The notes under the pieces were generated by a model, which was not told the DNA's origin, made no database searches, and worked only from the letters and a program-made list of their open reading frames with translations. The translations under genes were made by a program, and so were the position numbers. DNA of 64,000 bases from assembly GCF_009914755.1 (NCBI RefSeq), contig NC_060939.1. The stretch is one strand, 5' to 3'. Position 1 is the stretch's first letter. Every line of letters begins with the position of its first letter. The stretch is from the human T2T-CHM13v2.0 reference genome, Homo sapiens. This document shows positions 24,906-39,920 of this stretch, one piece after another.

Positions 24906-26859
24906 TCACTGATGCAGTGGTCCCACATGGGGGATCCTGGCTGGGCTGGAAGGCTCTCCCAGGTGGCTCTTATTCAGTGGCAACCCAGGGAAGGGACCCG
25001 CGGTGCTTCTGTCCTGTGCCCTGCCCTCTCTAGTCCTCAGGGGCTTCCCTATTCAGCAGGCAGATGGAGAGAGGTCATGGAGTCTTGTGTGGGAGGTTTT
25101 CATGGATGGTTTGGAGGTGGCTCCCGTCATTTTCCCCACATTCCTTTGTTGGAAGTCAGACATGCAGCTGCTCTGAACTGAACAAGAGATGGGAAACAGA
25201 GTGTAGCAGTGTGCACAGGGAGACCCCGGAGCAGTGTGTTCACTGACCAAAGACCATGCCATGTTCACATGTATTTCCACGCTGTAGCATGACTACAAAG
25301 GTACAGGCGGGAAGCTAAGCTGGCCTGGAGGGACTTTGCAACAATGGCTGAGCCTGAGTGAATCACATGGACCTGAGCCCTGGGTGCCCCTCCACCTGTT
25401 CTTGGGCCTGGATCCTCAAGGTCATCACTGCAGTGCGTGGTACCATGCAGTGAACTCTGTAGAACGTTTCGGCCTCTTCTGTTGCACCTTGGGGACATAG
25501 CCACAGAGGCCAAGGCCACAGGTGGGCTGGAGACACTCCAGTGGCACAGGGCTGACCCCTTTGGACTGAGTAAACCCAGAGCTCCTGAAGTTTTGGGTTA
25601 AGGGGAATGGGATCGGGGGTGTGGGGAGCTGCTAACAGGGGCAAGTGGAGCCCCTGCTGAAGCAGCCATGCCTGGAGGCTGCCCCACAAGAACAGACAAG
25701 CTGCTTTCCACCAGCTTCTGTCAAGGGATGCTTGCAGAAGGAAGAGAAGCCAGGAGGGGCCAGAGGCAGCCTGGGACTCATGGTTGTTCCTAAAAGGGAC
25801 ATGAAACTTGACCTCCTAAATGAGGCCAGCCCAGAATGGATCAGAGGTCACAGATTTCTTGAAAGCAATCAGAGGGAAGTAGCCTATACCTGGTTCCATT
25901 TGGGCACTGTGGCCTCCCAGGCCTCCTGCGGACTCTAAGCTTGGGAAGTAGGCAGAGGGCAGGGTGGTCTATGTGGTCACTCCTCATGGCGTGGACCACC
26001 AGCCAGCCCCACCGCATCACCAGGACCCGCATGTAACCCTCCGGGGATGCCTGCTGCAGATGGGGCCCAGCTCGTGATACACTTGGGAGAGATTCATGGT
26101 TTACCAGGCCCCATGGGTGTTTTCAGGGGCTGGGTTGGGGTGGGGGTGGGTGGTGAGCAGTGAGAGAATACTCTCTCTCTAGGCGATGCCAGAACTTCCT
26201 TACAGGGAATACGGGAGCCTTAGGGATAGCAGGGCTCCAGTTTCCCAGCCCTCACTGACTCACCATGGGGCTCAGACAATTTGCTGAAACTCCTTACGTC
26301 TCAGTTTGCTCGTCGGTGGAATGCGGGCAGAAATGCCTCACTAGTGCACTGTGCATGTGCCCTGCCCACATATGCCCACCCTGAGTCCAACACACACTGG
26401 GCCTGCCCTAGTATGCATGGGCCTGCCGGGTGGCTGCCAAGGGTCAGGGCCTTGCAGGACACTCGAGATCCTGGGCTTGGGGCTGCAGTCTGGAATGCGG
26501 AGGAGGGCTGTGGTCCCCCAGGCTTCCTGGGGACTCTGAGCCTGGGGGAGAGTAGGAGGGTCTCTATGCTCCCTCCTCACTGCGTGGAGCAGCGGCTTTG
26601 CTGGGCTTCCTTCTACCATCCCCATTACCCTGATTTCATTCTTATCCCATTCCTTTCCTCCTGGGAAGGCCTGGAATGATGATATGTCCCAGTGCCATAG
26701 AGTAGCACGGATACCAGCACACACACAGAGTACTCGGCATGAACCCGGCTCTGTTCCACTGACGCTCACTTGTGGCACCCTCCCAGCATCCAATAAGGAA
26801 CATACTGTGACTGCTGCCATTTTAAAGACGAGAAAAGCGAAGCACCTGAGAATGTCTCT

Positions 26860-27130
26860 TTTGACATCTAAAGAAACCAAGTAGAGAGAGATGAATGGAC
26901 TCCCCCAAGGTCACACTGTGATAGCAAGAACAAGAATATTCTACCATTGAATGTAGGGCCTATTGTGTTATGGATTATGGAAAATTATATCTAATTTTCA
27001 AAACAACCCTGTGTCAGGGGCATTGTTCTCATTTTCTCAGTGGGGACACTGAGTCCCCACGGGGACTCGTGGTCAAGGACACACAACTGTAGATGGTGTG
27101 ACCGGGATGACTCAGTCCTCACTCTGCAGC
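26860..27130 (-). mobile_element. MIR fragments
   Basis: CCCAAGGTCACAC; AACAACCCTGTG...CTCATTTT...ACTGAG. Confidence 0.6.
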
Positions 27131-27742
27131 CACCGTTCCTAGCTGCTTCCGGGTGCTAAATATGCCAAGCCTGATTCTCTGTTTTCCAAGGGTGTCAGGG
27201 GACCAGGGCCAGGGCTGCCCTGGAAACTATACCCACCCCGGGGCTCCTTTGTCTCCCTCCAGCCCTGCCTGTTGCAGAGTTCAAAGCCCTCGCGTGGCTT
27301 CTGTGGACCTGCCCTGACGGCTCTCCCCTCGGAAGGAGAACCTGATTATCCCGGTGTTTCACAATGGAGATACCAAGTGCTTGACTTGCCCGCCCTCCCA
27401 CGCTTCTGCTCCTCCGGGGCAGGCAGGAGAGTCTCAGCTCCCCGCTGCTCCCACTGCGGGGAAGACCAGCGTACTTCCAGAGTTTCCCAACTTCCCGGGA
27501 TATCAGAGAGGGGTGGATGCAGGTGGCTTTGGAGGATTTTATTTACTAATTGCGTTTAAATTCATATGCCAGTGAGCACGGCCTGCTGGAATCTGAAGGC
27601 GTTTGGACGAGTTACGTTCCTCCCTGGACCTCAGTCTCCCGTTTCATTCATAAAGAGAGAATGACATCTGACACGTAGGAGTAACAGGGTGTGCCTGGCA
27701 GGGGAGGTCAAGGGGATGGGAACACACTTAAATATCGACATG

Positions 27743-28297
27743 TGTAGAGGAGGGGGAAATGACTTCCTTCCACCCCGCTAAGTTTTTGGCTGGGATACAA
27801 ATTAAGTTGACATAACACAGATAAACAAGAGAAAACCATTTTAATTACACATATATGCATGAGAATTCTACAAAATACAAGACTTCAGTAAGGGTCAGAG
27901 AATTGAACCTTATATACTGAGCTACAGAACAGAGGCTTGGGACTTCCAGGGTCGGGGGATGGAGGTGGCAACACAGGTTGATGGTAGGATGAGGGAAGGA
28001 AATGTATGGTGAATAAAGGTTGTCTTGTTATGCAGATAAAAAGTCCCTCAGGTCATAAAAGTTATCTGGGAGCAACCCTCTTCCTGATAGAGATACTTCA
28101 CTAAGCTAATGTAGATTTCCTTTATAGATGAAAAATTTCTTTTACAAAAGGACGGCTTTTTCAGAGCTACTAGCTAGTCCTAGTGCAGACACCTTCTTGA
28201 ATAACTAGACCAAAATACGCCAAGAAGTGTATTTGGAGGTGGCACATTTTGGTCTCCTATGGTCATGTTTTGCGGTGGTGTGTCCTGAGCCCCATCA
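27743..28297 (-). mobile_element. ERV1-class solo LTR (MER34/MER39 group)
   Basis: TG...CA termini, imperfect 4-bp TSD CATG/AATG, ATTTTG..GGTGG...TCCTGAGCCCCATCA terminus. Confidence 0.8.
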
Positions 28298-29159
28298 AAT
28301 GCATCATGTGACCTTGACGTTTTCAGGCCCCCTGCCCCAGTCCAGACCCTTCCCACCAGCCTTGCTGGAATGGAGCTCTGAGGCTGGGCTCCCAGAGACA
28401 TGGCTGTAACCAGATTGGAGACCAAAAGCTGGAGGCGAGCCCTCCGACCCAGCCTACCTTTTGGGGGCTTCACACAGTGACTGCCAGGCCCTCCCATGAG
28501 GAGAGGAGTCCTCCCTCTGTGGAAGGTGCCACCACTGTGCCTTGCTGGTGCTTGCTTTGTGATAGGCAGGTGTGGAATTCCCAGCACAAGCCCTACGTGG
28601 GCCAGGAAAATCTCCCCAGTGGGGCTTCGAACTGAGAAGGGAAGTGTGCTCCAAGAAGTCTGTGGTCACCAGCCAAGCCCTCTAGGTGAGCCCCGAGGGA
28701 GCCTGCCCTTCCTCAGCTGCAGCCAGACTGACTGCATCCTCCAGCAGGACGCCAGATAGCTCTCAAGGGAACCACCCAGATGGCTTCCCTTCCTGTCGGG
28801 CTCCCAATCCCCACCAGATGATGTCCTCATTCACCAAGTCTCGGGGTCTGCAGCAAACACGTGCAACAGGTGTGAGCTGAGGAGCTCGGGGATGCGGTGA
28901 GGGACAGCCCAGCCTCCACCTGGTGGGGCGGACAGAGGTGGACAACCCAGTGGGGCACATTCCTGAGGCCTGAGGAGCAGGGCCCAACGGATCTTGGTCG
29001 TTCTCCCCAGCATGTCTATAACATGAGATTTTATTATGTATTTACTGGCATGTTGGCTTTCTTCTGCTCCCTCTCCCCACTAGAAAGTAAGATCCAGGAG
29101 GAGAAGGACCTTATCTGTTTTTTGTTCTTTGCCACCTGTGAGTTATGTTCCTCCTGACT

Positions 29160-29602
29160 CACGGCTGAATACTGGCCCCCAAAGATACCAGGTCTTCACC
29201 TCTGGAACCTGTAAATGTTACCTTATAAGGAAAAATGATCTTTGCAGATGTGAAGGATTTTGAGATGGGGAGATTATCCTGGATTATCCAGGTGGCTCCT
29301 AAACCAAACAGGTGTCCTTATAAAAGAGATGCAGAAAGAGATGTGACACACACAGGAGGGAAGGAGGCCGTGTGGCCACGAGGCAGAGACTAGAGTGATG
29401 CAGCCACCAGAGGCTGGAAGAGGCGAGGAAGGGCTTCTCCCCTGGTGCCTCCACCGGAGGGTGGCCCTAACAACACCTTGACTTTGGCCAAGTGCTACTG
29501 GTTTCTAACTTCTGGCCTCCAGAACTGTGAGAGGATACATTTTTGTTGTTTAAAGCCACCGAGTCTGTTGTGATTTGTTACAGCAGCCCCAGGAAATTAA
29601 CA
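29160..29602 (+). mobile_element. MLT1D-like solo LTR inserted in an L2 3' end
   Basis: GGCCCCCAAAGAT...TTGAGATGGGGAGATTATCCTGGATTATCCAGGTGG...CAGCAGCCCCAGGAAATTAA; L2 tail sequence on both sides. Confidence 0.9.
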
Positions 29603-29640
29603 AGCTGCCATGTATCTCAGTGCCTCGTATGCTGCAGCTA

Positions 29641-29964
<324 letters not shown>

Positions 29965-30182
29965 GAATAAATGCATGTCCCTATCCACACCTGCTCTCCA
30001 GGCCAGCTCATGCCTAGCCATGGCTCAGCCTCTGGTGCCTGCCACCCCAGCCTCTGTGTCCTGGGTGGTTCTGCCCTGCTGGCCTGCAGCCACAGGCTGA
30101 GACTGTCTACCAGAAGGTTCATGTCTGAGCAAAGCCAATGCACTCTCCTTGCAGAGCCACTACCTCTTAGACAACGTTGACA

Positions 30183-30520
30183 GCAGAGGCCACAACAGAC
30201 AGCCTGGGGGCCGCATCCAGTCAGCAGATAATTTTGTTTGGCCAGTATAGGGTGTTGTTTATAAATTAAATTACATGCCGATATTTTATTACAAGTTGGG
30301 AAATTTCACATAAAATCAGAATTTCCCATTTCTTGAAAATCCAGATGATCTTTTCAATTCCAGGATGCATCTCCATGTGGCCCAATCAGTGGGAGCTGAG
30401 TGGTGGCTGCCCTTTCTGCCAGGGCCTGGGCTCAGCGCTGACCAGCAGGGTGCATGTCAGAGGACTCCTCCGGCCCCCTTTCTGTTTACACACCTACCCC
30501 CATGTTTGAGATGGATGATT
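30183..30520. mobile_element. MER102-like hAT-Charlie relic
   Basis: GGGAAATTTCACATAAAATCAGAATTTC...TTCTTGAAAATC...GGAGCTGAGTGGTGGCTGCCC. Confidence 0.65.
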
Positions 30521-31020
30521 CAGGTGTTCTCAGCCTTGCAGACAGTCAAGACAACCTCAACCAATGCCCTCCCCGGCCGACTTGACTGTTGCCCAGCACA
30601 GCCTTTATAAAGATTCTAAAGTGACACTGCTCAGGGGCACTGTTAAGCCTCAGCGACCACCAGCCAGGAAAGTGGCCTTTGGGGCCCAGGGCCCACTGAA
30701 GGTGCTGGGAGTCACCCAGTTGTTTCCTGGGGACAGTCTTTGCTCTCTCAGTCAGTGGGTAGCAAATTTCCAGAACCACCCAGGCTGACCTCCCACATGG
30801 CTGGGAAGACAGCGTGATGGCAGCATCCTCATCTGACTTCCCGAGCACTCTCAGGCCCACTCACACAGTAGCTCCAAGGAACCAAAAGCACTAAGGAAAG
30901 GAAAGAAATGACAGGAAAGGAATGGAAGTGAAACCCTGGGGGAAAGCCCACAAGGAGGACTTTCAGTTCACTTGGAGAACACATGGGCCTCAAGTCTCCA
31001 AAATGGTGACTTAGGTCTGA

Positions 31021-31272
<252 letters not shown>

Positions 31273-31669
31273 TGATTCCATCCATCTTAGAGGGGACCCG
31301 GAGAGCTGCATTTATGGCAGGTTGCCCTGGTGGTTCTCACCCAGGGCAGGGGCGGCAGCAGGCAGAGCCGTCTCTTCTTCTCCAGGCAACGGCCACAGCA
31401 GTAGAGGGGCTCAATCTGACAAGGAGAGTGAGTCATTGAATGAAGCCCCGAGGACGTGATCTGTCGCCACAGCTGCCATCCACTGGGCTGCTTTTGCAAG
31501 CTTTCCCCAGAGCTTGAGAAAATGAATGAATTTAAAACATGTGTCAGGGCCTTAATGAGACTAGTAAACTCCTCAGAGTCCTGCTCTGGTTAAGGTTTGT
31601 TAATTCTGTAAGCCCTTCTGACCAGGGGCCTCTAGCACTGGAGGATGAGTTGAGGAATACACTGAATTA

Positions 31670-31815
31670 GCAGAAGCTGTGTGACTTTAGGCAAGTTGCT
31701 TAACCTCTCTGAGCCTCAGTGTTTTTACCTGTAAACTGGGAACAACAATTGCCTCAAAAGGATAGTGCAAAGATGAACAAGGATGAGGAACATGGATGTC
31801 CTCACTGTCATTAAA
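31670..31815 (+). mobile_element. MIR
   Basis: GCTGTGTGACTTTAGGCAAGTTGCTTAACCTCTCTGAGCCTCAGT...ACCTGTAAA. Confidence 0.85.
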
Positions 31816-33757
31816 CAGTCATGGGAGTTGTCACATATGTGCCCTATGTTTTAAGCATAAAGTTGGGAGATGATGTCTGAAACTGGGGCTTCCACATCCT
31901 TGCACTGCTTTGTGACTGCTGGAGGTTCAAGTCAGGGCAAGTTGTCACCTCCCAGTAATGGTGATCCTCTCAAACAGGCAAAAAATAGAAAAGTGTGCAA
32001 ATGGGGTGCATTTATTTTAAGGACATGGGGAGCCTAAAGGAATGGACAGCTCAGGAAGACCTGGACCCAGGAATGGGAAATCCAGAGAGAATCCAGGAAG
32101 GAGCCTTTCCCCTCTTTCTTTCTGGGCCCCCTTCTCTCATTATCATTTCCCCGTCCACGTGGCTCTCTAGGCAGACCAAAGGTCAGACCTTAAAGAGACT
32201 CTGTTCAACCTTGAACTTCCTTGCTGACATGTTTTCAATTCAAGTGTGTGTGACAAATCCTATCAGGCATTTCCAAGTCCCAACCCCAAATCCCCAGGCC
32301 CAGCTTGGGGGTCTTCATCCCCAGTCCACCAGCTGCGAGGAAGGGGTCTCGGCTCAGCCCCAGCATGCTGTGTTGGTGGCTCCCTCCCAACAGGGGTATC
32401 CTTAGATGAGAAGCAAGCCTAGTATCCATAGTGCTTTTCTGAGAGCAGGTGAGCCTTGTTGAAGGCCTCGGGCAAAAAAACAAGCCAGTGAGAGTTGTGT
32501 GCACGGGAATAGCAACAAGGTAATATAGGAGAAAGGTCACAGTGGCTTGGAGATGAATTCCAGGACACAGCACTGCAGGAGGGACCATGCCCCTCGAGGC
32601 TTCTTATATGTGGTTCCTCAGTTCTTGGCTAAGTTAGGATCCCTGGGCTGACCAACACTGATGTTTGTACCTGGAGCCAAGTCATATTTTAGGCCAATTC
32701 TTTCATTCCATGAGAACTTGTCATCAGATTTTCCAGGAAGAACATAAACCTGCCATTATATTTTTGTCTGTTTGGAAGCTTCTTTTGCCCTCTAGAAGCC
32801 CAGTGCTACCAAATCCCATGAAGAGTTTGTGCTGGGTTCAGACCCTGTTCAGTACCCCATTCTCAGCTCCATGGGGGGAAGCTTGCAGCTCTCTATTGAT
32901 GAGAGTCTTGGCTCTCTGCTGTTTCTTGGGTATCTTTTTGTGACAAGGATGGCTGGTGCTGGCACGCACTGTAAACGAGGAGGGGATGGGCCTAAGTTTC
33001 CATCACGCTGCAAAGCAGAACCATCTGTTGGTGGCTTCTCTGTTAGCCCGTGGCTGTGAAGAGAGCATTTAACAATGAAGAGCTGGGGCCAGAGACACGA
33101 GTCCTTGGCTCCAGTTCCTGTTTGTCTCCAGGCTGCCGCATTCCACAGAAGGCAGTAAACTGACATTCTGAGAATGTTTGTCTCTGCCAGCCAGGGCTTG
33201 GCTAATCCTGGTGACCTGCAGCAGATTCCCCACCAAGAAGACATCCAGTGGAAAGACAGGTATGAAATCCCTGGAGCCACAGGCTTTGCACACAAAGACT
33301 TGGTGCAGACATCTCCTTGAACCCTCACGATACCCTGAGAGGAGGTTAGGTGGCCATAGAACTAACAAGGGCCACCAGGTTGCACAACCTGAGAGAGCAT
33401 TCACACTGCTCTCTCAGTGAAAAGCATCTCCTGGGGTTGTGATGCAGTAGACAACCTGGGCAGCTGTATGTGGTGGCCTGTAGCTAATAATTACTAGAGC
33501 CAAGTGAGGTTTAGACTTAGGTTCTTGGACTCTAATTTTGTTTTCTTTCCTTTGCCGTGTCTTATATAGGGTTGGCTCTTCTATTGTACCTCACTGGATT
33601 TGAAAAGATGCCTGACACCCAAACTCCCTAATACTGAGCTTCTTCATTTGTAAAATAAGATCAAAATATCTAATCCTTTTGACTGTTGTGATGAGAAAAT
33701 GACCAAATGCAGAAAATATGCCTGACTCATTGGCCTATATCTTAGTGAGAACTCTGG

Positions 33758-34141
33758 TGATACGGTTTGACTCTGTGTCCCCACCCAAATCTCATGTTGA
33801 ATTGTAATCCCCAATGTTGGGGGAGGGACCTGGTGGGAAGTGATTGGATCACGGGGGAGGATTTCTCCCTTGCTGTTCTCATGATAGTGAATGAGTTCTC
33901 ACAAGATCTGGTTGTTTGAAAGTACGTAGCACTTCCCCCTTTGCTCTCTTTCTCTCCTGCTGCCATGTGAAGATGTGCTTGCTTTCCCTTGCCCTTCTAC
34001 CACTCTCCACCAATTTCCTGAGGCCTCCCAGCCATGCCTTCTGTACACTCTGTGGAACTGTTAGTCAATTAAACCTCTTTTCTTTATAAATTACCCAGTC
34101 TCAGGTACTTCTTTATAGCAGTGTGAGAATGGATTAATACA
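33758..34141 (+). mobile_element. MSTA-like solo LTR (ERVL-MaLR) inserted in a MIR
   Basis: TGATACGGTTTG...CCCCACCCAAATCTCATGTTGAATTG...ATTACCCAGTCTCAGG...TAATACA; 5-bp TSD TCTGG/TCAGG. Confidence 0.93.
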
Positions 34142-35699
34142 TCAGGCAATAAAGGCAGCTATTACTGTTACTCCTGCTGCTGCTACCATAATAATATAAT
34201 ATTCGTTGTAATTATTATCTTTCCAATATAAATGAATATGTTGCCCACCGCTCTCAGGGCAGTCAGAGTCTAAGGCTCCTAGCTCCACATGGGCACAGAT
34301 TAGGTCCTCCTATCTTCTTCCTTCTTTCCTCAAGCAGGGGAGACCCAGATCATACCTAGGGGGTTGGTGTGATGCTGCGGGAACCTAGATCAGCTGAGGA
34401 AGGAGCAGCCACTTAAATGAAATGACATGAGAGCTCCTGGCACCTGGCAGCCCATCCTGCACCTGCATGTTTTGCAGGTGTTAATGGAAATTCTTTGCTT
34501 TCTCCATTCAGCTGAGTGTGTCACTGAACCCCTGGCTCCCGATTGTGCTTGGAGCAGGGCCTGGTACAAAAGCGCCACATGCAGTGAGTGAACAGATGGA
34601 GGAATGAGTAAGTGAGCAAATGTCAGGGCCCCCTCAGCCCAACTTCAGTGCCACACTGTTTTATTTCTTCTTTCCGGCAAATACTTAGGCTGTGTCTGCT
34701 TTGTGCCAAGCACCATGGCCAGGCTGCGGCACTACAGCAAATCCCACCTGTCCTTGACCTTGGCAGCTCAGGCCTGCTCTGCTCCCCTTTTCAAGCCAGT
34801 GGGCTGTCATTTTTTTGCCCATTTTATCAGTGGCAGCCATGATCCAGGTAGCCAAGTGTTGACACCACAGCTGTCCATACAGCTCTCCTGGCTTTTGCCT
34901 ACATTTTCCTCTGTGCCCTCTTGCTGAGAGCCCGGCCAGATCAGCTCCACTCCATCTTTGTGGTGGCCGTGAGTATTTTTGCCCAGCAGACCCCTGGGCT
35001 TAGAGGATGTAAGGGCCCAACCCTTGCCCTGGGTTGTAGAGAGGGAAGTGTCTTCTGAAGTAGAGACAGAAGAGCAGGCAGAAAAATGCACAACTCAGGA
35101 CAAATATTAGAAACACATAAATATGCACATAGCCACTTACAGCTGCACCAAGTCACATGTATATGGGTGAGAAGGCGCCCCAGGGTGGGGGATGAAAGTG
35201 ACTAGATCCAGGTGGCATCGATCCAGGGTCTTCTCCTGCCACCTCTCTTCTTTTCAGCTTCTTTTGGGTCTTCATGCATTGAGCCTTCAGCGCTTGCTGC
35301 TTGACTTTTGACTTTGTAGCCTGGCCTGGAGGCACATCAGAGCCTTCTCCCATCACCCCTTGTATGCAGAGAACAAGGCACATTGCTGCCAACTATTCCA
35401 GCTGAGTGGAGTACAAATACAAAATGCAAATGCAAAATACAAAATGCAAAAGCAGTGAAGCTAGGGGTCACAAACACAGAGGCTGGTAGCATCAACACTT
35501 GATGTAGATCCAGGCTGGGAGTAGGCATCAGGGCAGAGTGGGCACTTTGGAAACAGTACCCAGGCTCGGTCTCAGCCATCCTCAAATTCAAGCATCAGAC
35601 TCCCTGCAGGGCTTGTCAGAACACAGAGTGCTGGGCCCTACGCCGGAGTGTCTGAGGCAGTGGTTCTGGGGTTGAAAACGTGCATTTCTCTTTCTTCTT

Positions 35700-35870
35700 T
35701 ATTTGGATTTGTTTGTTTGTTTGTTTGTTTTTGTTTTTGAGACAGAGTCTCACTCTGACACCCAGGTTGGAGTGCAGTAGCGCAGTCTCGGCTCACTGCA
35801 ACCTCCGCCTCCTGGGCTTAGGCTCCCAAGCAGCTGGGAGTACAGGCGCATGTCACCATGCATGCTAATT
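35700..35870 (-). mobile_element. Alu right-arm fragment with internal deletion
   Basis: (TTTG)n tail, GAGACAGAGTCTCACTCTG...GCTAATT. Confidence 0.9.
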
Positions 35871-35874
35871 TGAA

Positions 35875-36537
<663 letters not shown>

Positions 36538-36649
36538 TTCAGACTCCACAGTTCTAACAACTGTCCAGGTGATGTGGCTGCTACTGATGAGGACCACGCT
36601 CTGAGATCCACTGCCCTGTCTGAAGGGGGCGATGATTCCTCAGCTCCAG

Positions 36650-36850
36650 CTCCCAGTTGCCCTGGGGAATGCAGCCTGGAGCTGCTAAGTCTCCCAATTT
36701 TTCAAGAGAGGCCAGAAATACAGATCTTAATGTAAAATGTTTTAACTCTTAAAATTTCCAAGCAAATTGAGAAAAAAAAATCAAAATTTGTTAGAGACTA
36801 AGTGTCTGTAGGCTGGATTGGACTCCCAGCCTTCCACTTTGTGAGCTGTG
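36650..36850. mobile_element. MER102/MER103-like hAT relic
   Basis: TTTTTCAAGAGAGGCCAGAAATACAGATCTTAATGTAAAAT. Confidence 0.55.
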
Positions 36851-38874
36851 TGTTGAGCGCCTATGGGTGGGGACCCCTTACCTCTTGATGATATTTGTGC
36901 CCCTTGCCACGCGTTCCCCGGGAGCTGGGAACCTGGGTAGAACCTTTGTGTTATCCTTGCCCCTCACTGCTTACAGAACCAATGAAGATTGGTTGGCCTG
37001 TTTTAGGAGCCTCTGCCGTGAGAGGAGAACAAAAAGGCCGTCCATTTTCAGAGGATTACCGCAGACTTCTCAAACCACATATAATTAAATGGTGGAGTGA
37101 ACCCCTGCGGGGAACCTTGGGCTGGGCTAGCAAGAAGCCTGGCGAGTCCTGCCAAGTGGGCGATTCAGAGGCCTCTGCGGTCACAATAGTCCCGACAAAA
37201 TGACAGGCAGCTCAGCTTTCAGAAAACATGAGGTGATCTGAAGGCAAGTCAGGGTAACAGGATCTCTCTCCCCATGCGTGGGATTGTGGAGCAGTTTACA
37301 CCTTTCTACAGCGCGTCTGGCATCGGAGGCAGGGCCTGGAGGCTGGAACTCCCTCTTCCAGACCTTTCCTTACCAACTTTTCTGGTTCTACTGCAGAACA
37401 ACAACAAAAACAATTAATAGCTCTGAGGATATCTAGGACTTTTGGGGTCTTTGAGCTTTACTTTCTGTTGAGTGACGATTACCTCCAGGGAAGCAAACAC
37501 ACCAGATATGACGATAGTAGGCCACCTCCTTGTCCCCACTACACACACACACCAACAGGGTACTGAGACATCTTATCGCTAGAACTGAATAAACCTCAAG
37601 ACCTGTCTGATCAGCTGTGCAGAAATCAATCATTAGACTCATTTTACAAAACAGCTTAATTGAAGACTCCTCAATTCTACATTATTTTTAGCCTCACCTC
37701 GTTTGATTTTCAGGATGTCCTGCTCCCAGCCTTTTGGAGGGTCACAGTGGTCAAATGTAAAATGTTCCTAGGCCCGGAGATTAAGGTTTAATACTGGTTT
37801 CTGTTCAGGTGAAGAAACGGAGGGAAGCTTCCATCCTTAACTCAATGAGTAAACTGCAGCTGGGGTACGGGGTGCCTCGCCTCACTGTTACCCTGCCCAA
37901 TTAGCTTTTCGCAGTGTGAGCACCATCAAAAGGGATACAGGGAATTGAGAACGGATTTATTCTAGAATTTTCTCCTCCTGATACTATAATGGATTGTCTG
38001 TGGGGAGCAGGAAAACATGTTCCCAAGCATGGAAAAGTCATGTGACCATTTGAAATTTGGGCCAGCGCTCCTGTGCCTGTACTTTCAGGTGGCCCTGCCG
38101 ATTGGAGGGTTTGAGGCTTGGAGAAAACATGTAGGTGCCATACAGACCTGAGAAGAAGACAGTCACTGCAGCACATTCAAAGGACATATTCCAGCTAGTT
38201 TTATCAGAGGACATTGCATTAGTCAGGGTTCTCCACACAGGACCAATGAGACGGAGGGCTCTCCTCTGCATTCTGGCTGGTGCCGAGTCCTTTCCCCAGG
38301 AAGGGCTGTCACCTGACTGAGAAGCAAGAGCCCAGCTTTTGCAGCCATTTCTCTAGAGAGTTCCCCTCATCCCGGGGCAGAGTCCTACATGAGAAAGAAT
38401 CATGAAACCCACTAGCCACAGCTTTGACAAGGCCTTGTCTATTTCCACGGCCAATCAGAGGAAAGGGTGAAAGTGCCACCGCTAGGGCAGCAAAGGCTGG
38501 TGGGGAAGCCAGAGGCTTGGAGGCAAAAGCCCTGGGTCCTTCGCTCTCAGCTGTGACCCTGGGCAGGCTCTGGAATTGGGCTGGGTCTCAAGTGAAATGG
38601 GAAGTGGGAGCTCTATGGAAGACACTGTCCAGGGCGCCAGGGGAGGCACAGTTACACAAGGAAGATCCCCAGCCGTGGGAGCCTTTGCTCTACTCATTGA
38701 ATCCTGGGTACTCAAGGGAATACTTGGAGTGTTCTGGTGAAGTGGGGTTTTCTGGTCTTCTAGCTGGTCTCTTTGTTCAGCTCAATAAAGGTGTTTATGT
38801 AGCACCTATCATGTTTTAGTCATGTTACTAGATGCTGTCAATATCAAGGGGGGAAGATGGGGCACTTGCCTGAG

Positions 38875-39470
38875 AGCAGCAATTTTCACACTTTCTGATT
38901 TCTGAACTTCATTACTCTCTAGCTCTATTTCCCGAAACAGAAAAAAAATTGAGAAGAGTGATATTGTTTTATGTAATTTCGCAAATGTAGAAAATATTTC
39001 ACAAGTCTTTTTAATGCCTAGGTTAATAAAAGACAGATGGATTCACATACCTGCTTCACCAGTGGTCTCCAGATAATGCTGGAGGGGTAGAGCAATGGGT
39101 ATTAATGCAGGGAAAACGTACTTGCCTTTGGGGGCATTTTTGGTTGTCACATTTGGGGTTTTATTCAGTGAGCCTAGAATTTAACTCCATGTTACATATA
39201 AACACAAAGTCATTTTTGCGTAGTTTTAATATACTTAGTATTTTCCAAGAATGCAAATACTGTGTTATTTGAGAGAAAAGATTATTGTTTGGTTCAGAAT
39301 TTTATTGAGAATTGTGAACCTTTTGTTAACCAACATTGCTAACAGTATTGTTGTTCATGGCATTTGAATTAACACAAACTTCAGCATTAGCCTGCGTTTA
39401 AATCTATTACTGTCACCCTGGCCTTTCCATAGTTGCTGGTGTCTTGTCCACTATTATATATGTGGCTTCT
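38875..39470. mobile_element. hAT-Charlie relics (Charlie1-like and MER20B-like)
   Basis: AATAAAAGACAGATGGATTCACATACCTGCTTC; GGGGCATTTTTGGTTGTCACA; ATATAAACACAAAG. Confidence 0.55.
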
Positions 39471-39770
39471 GTAATTTATTTTTTTCTAATTATGTTTTTT
39501 ATTTTGAGAACATTGTAGACTCACGTGCAGTTGTAAGAAATAACACAAAGAAATCTCCTTACCTGTTTTCTCCAATGGTAACATCTTTCAAAACTGTAGC
39601 ATAATATCACAACTAGGATATTGACAGTGATGTAGTCAAGATGCAGAACGGTTCCATTTCCTTATGGCTACACCTACTTCCTGCCAGCTCCCTGCCCCCT
39701 CCTTAACCCTTGATGAACATTAATATGTTCTCTATTTCTATAATTTTGTCATTTAAAGAGTGTTACATAA

Positions 39771-39920
39771 GCTAGGCATGGTAACACACGCCTGTAGTCC
39801 CGGCTTGAGACCAGGAGGTTGAGGCTGCGGTGAGTTACCATCATGCCACTGCACTCCAGCCTGGGTGACAGAGTGAGACACTGTCTAAAAAAAAAAAAAA
39901 AAAGAAAGGGAAAGAAAAAA
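39771..39920 (+). mobile_element. Alu monomer (FRAM/AluJ right-arm type, internally deleted)
   Basis: CCTGTAGTCCC...GAGGTTGAGGCTGC...CACTCCAGCCTGGGTGACAGAG with an A-rich tail. Confidence 0.9.

Noticed and set aside
28913-28926. CTCF-like CCACCAGGTGGAGG on the minus strand
   Set aside because: Single imperfect match in GC-rich DNA; cannot be supported without ChIP data.
35153-35392. Lys/Gln-rich minus-strand ORF (QATKSKVKQQALKAQCMKTQKKLKRRE) with an acceptor-like upstream sequence
   Set aside because: Short, weak donor, no recognisable homology and no partner exons.
35411-35455. Octamer ATGCAAAT within a short 20-bp duplication
   Set aside because: Isolated motif in a low-complexity A-rich slip; no snRNA or Ig promoter context.
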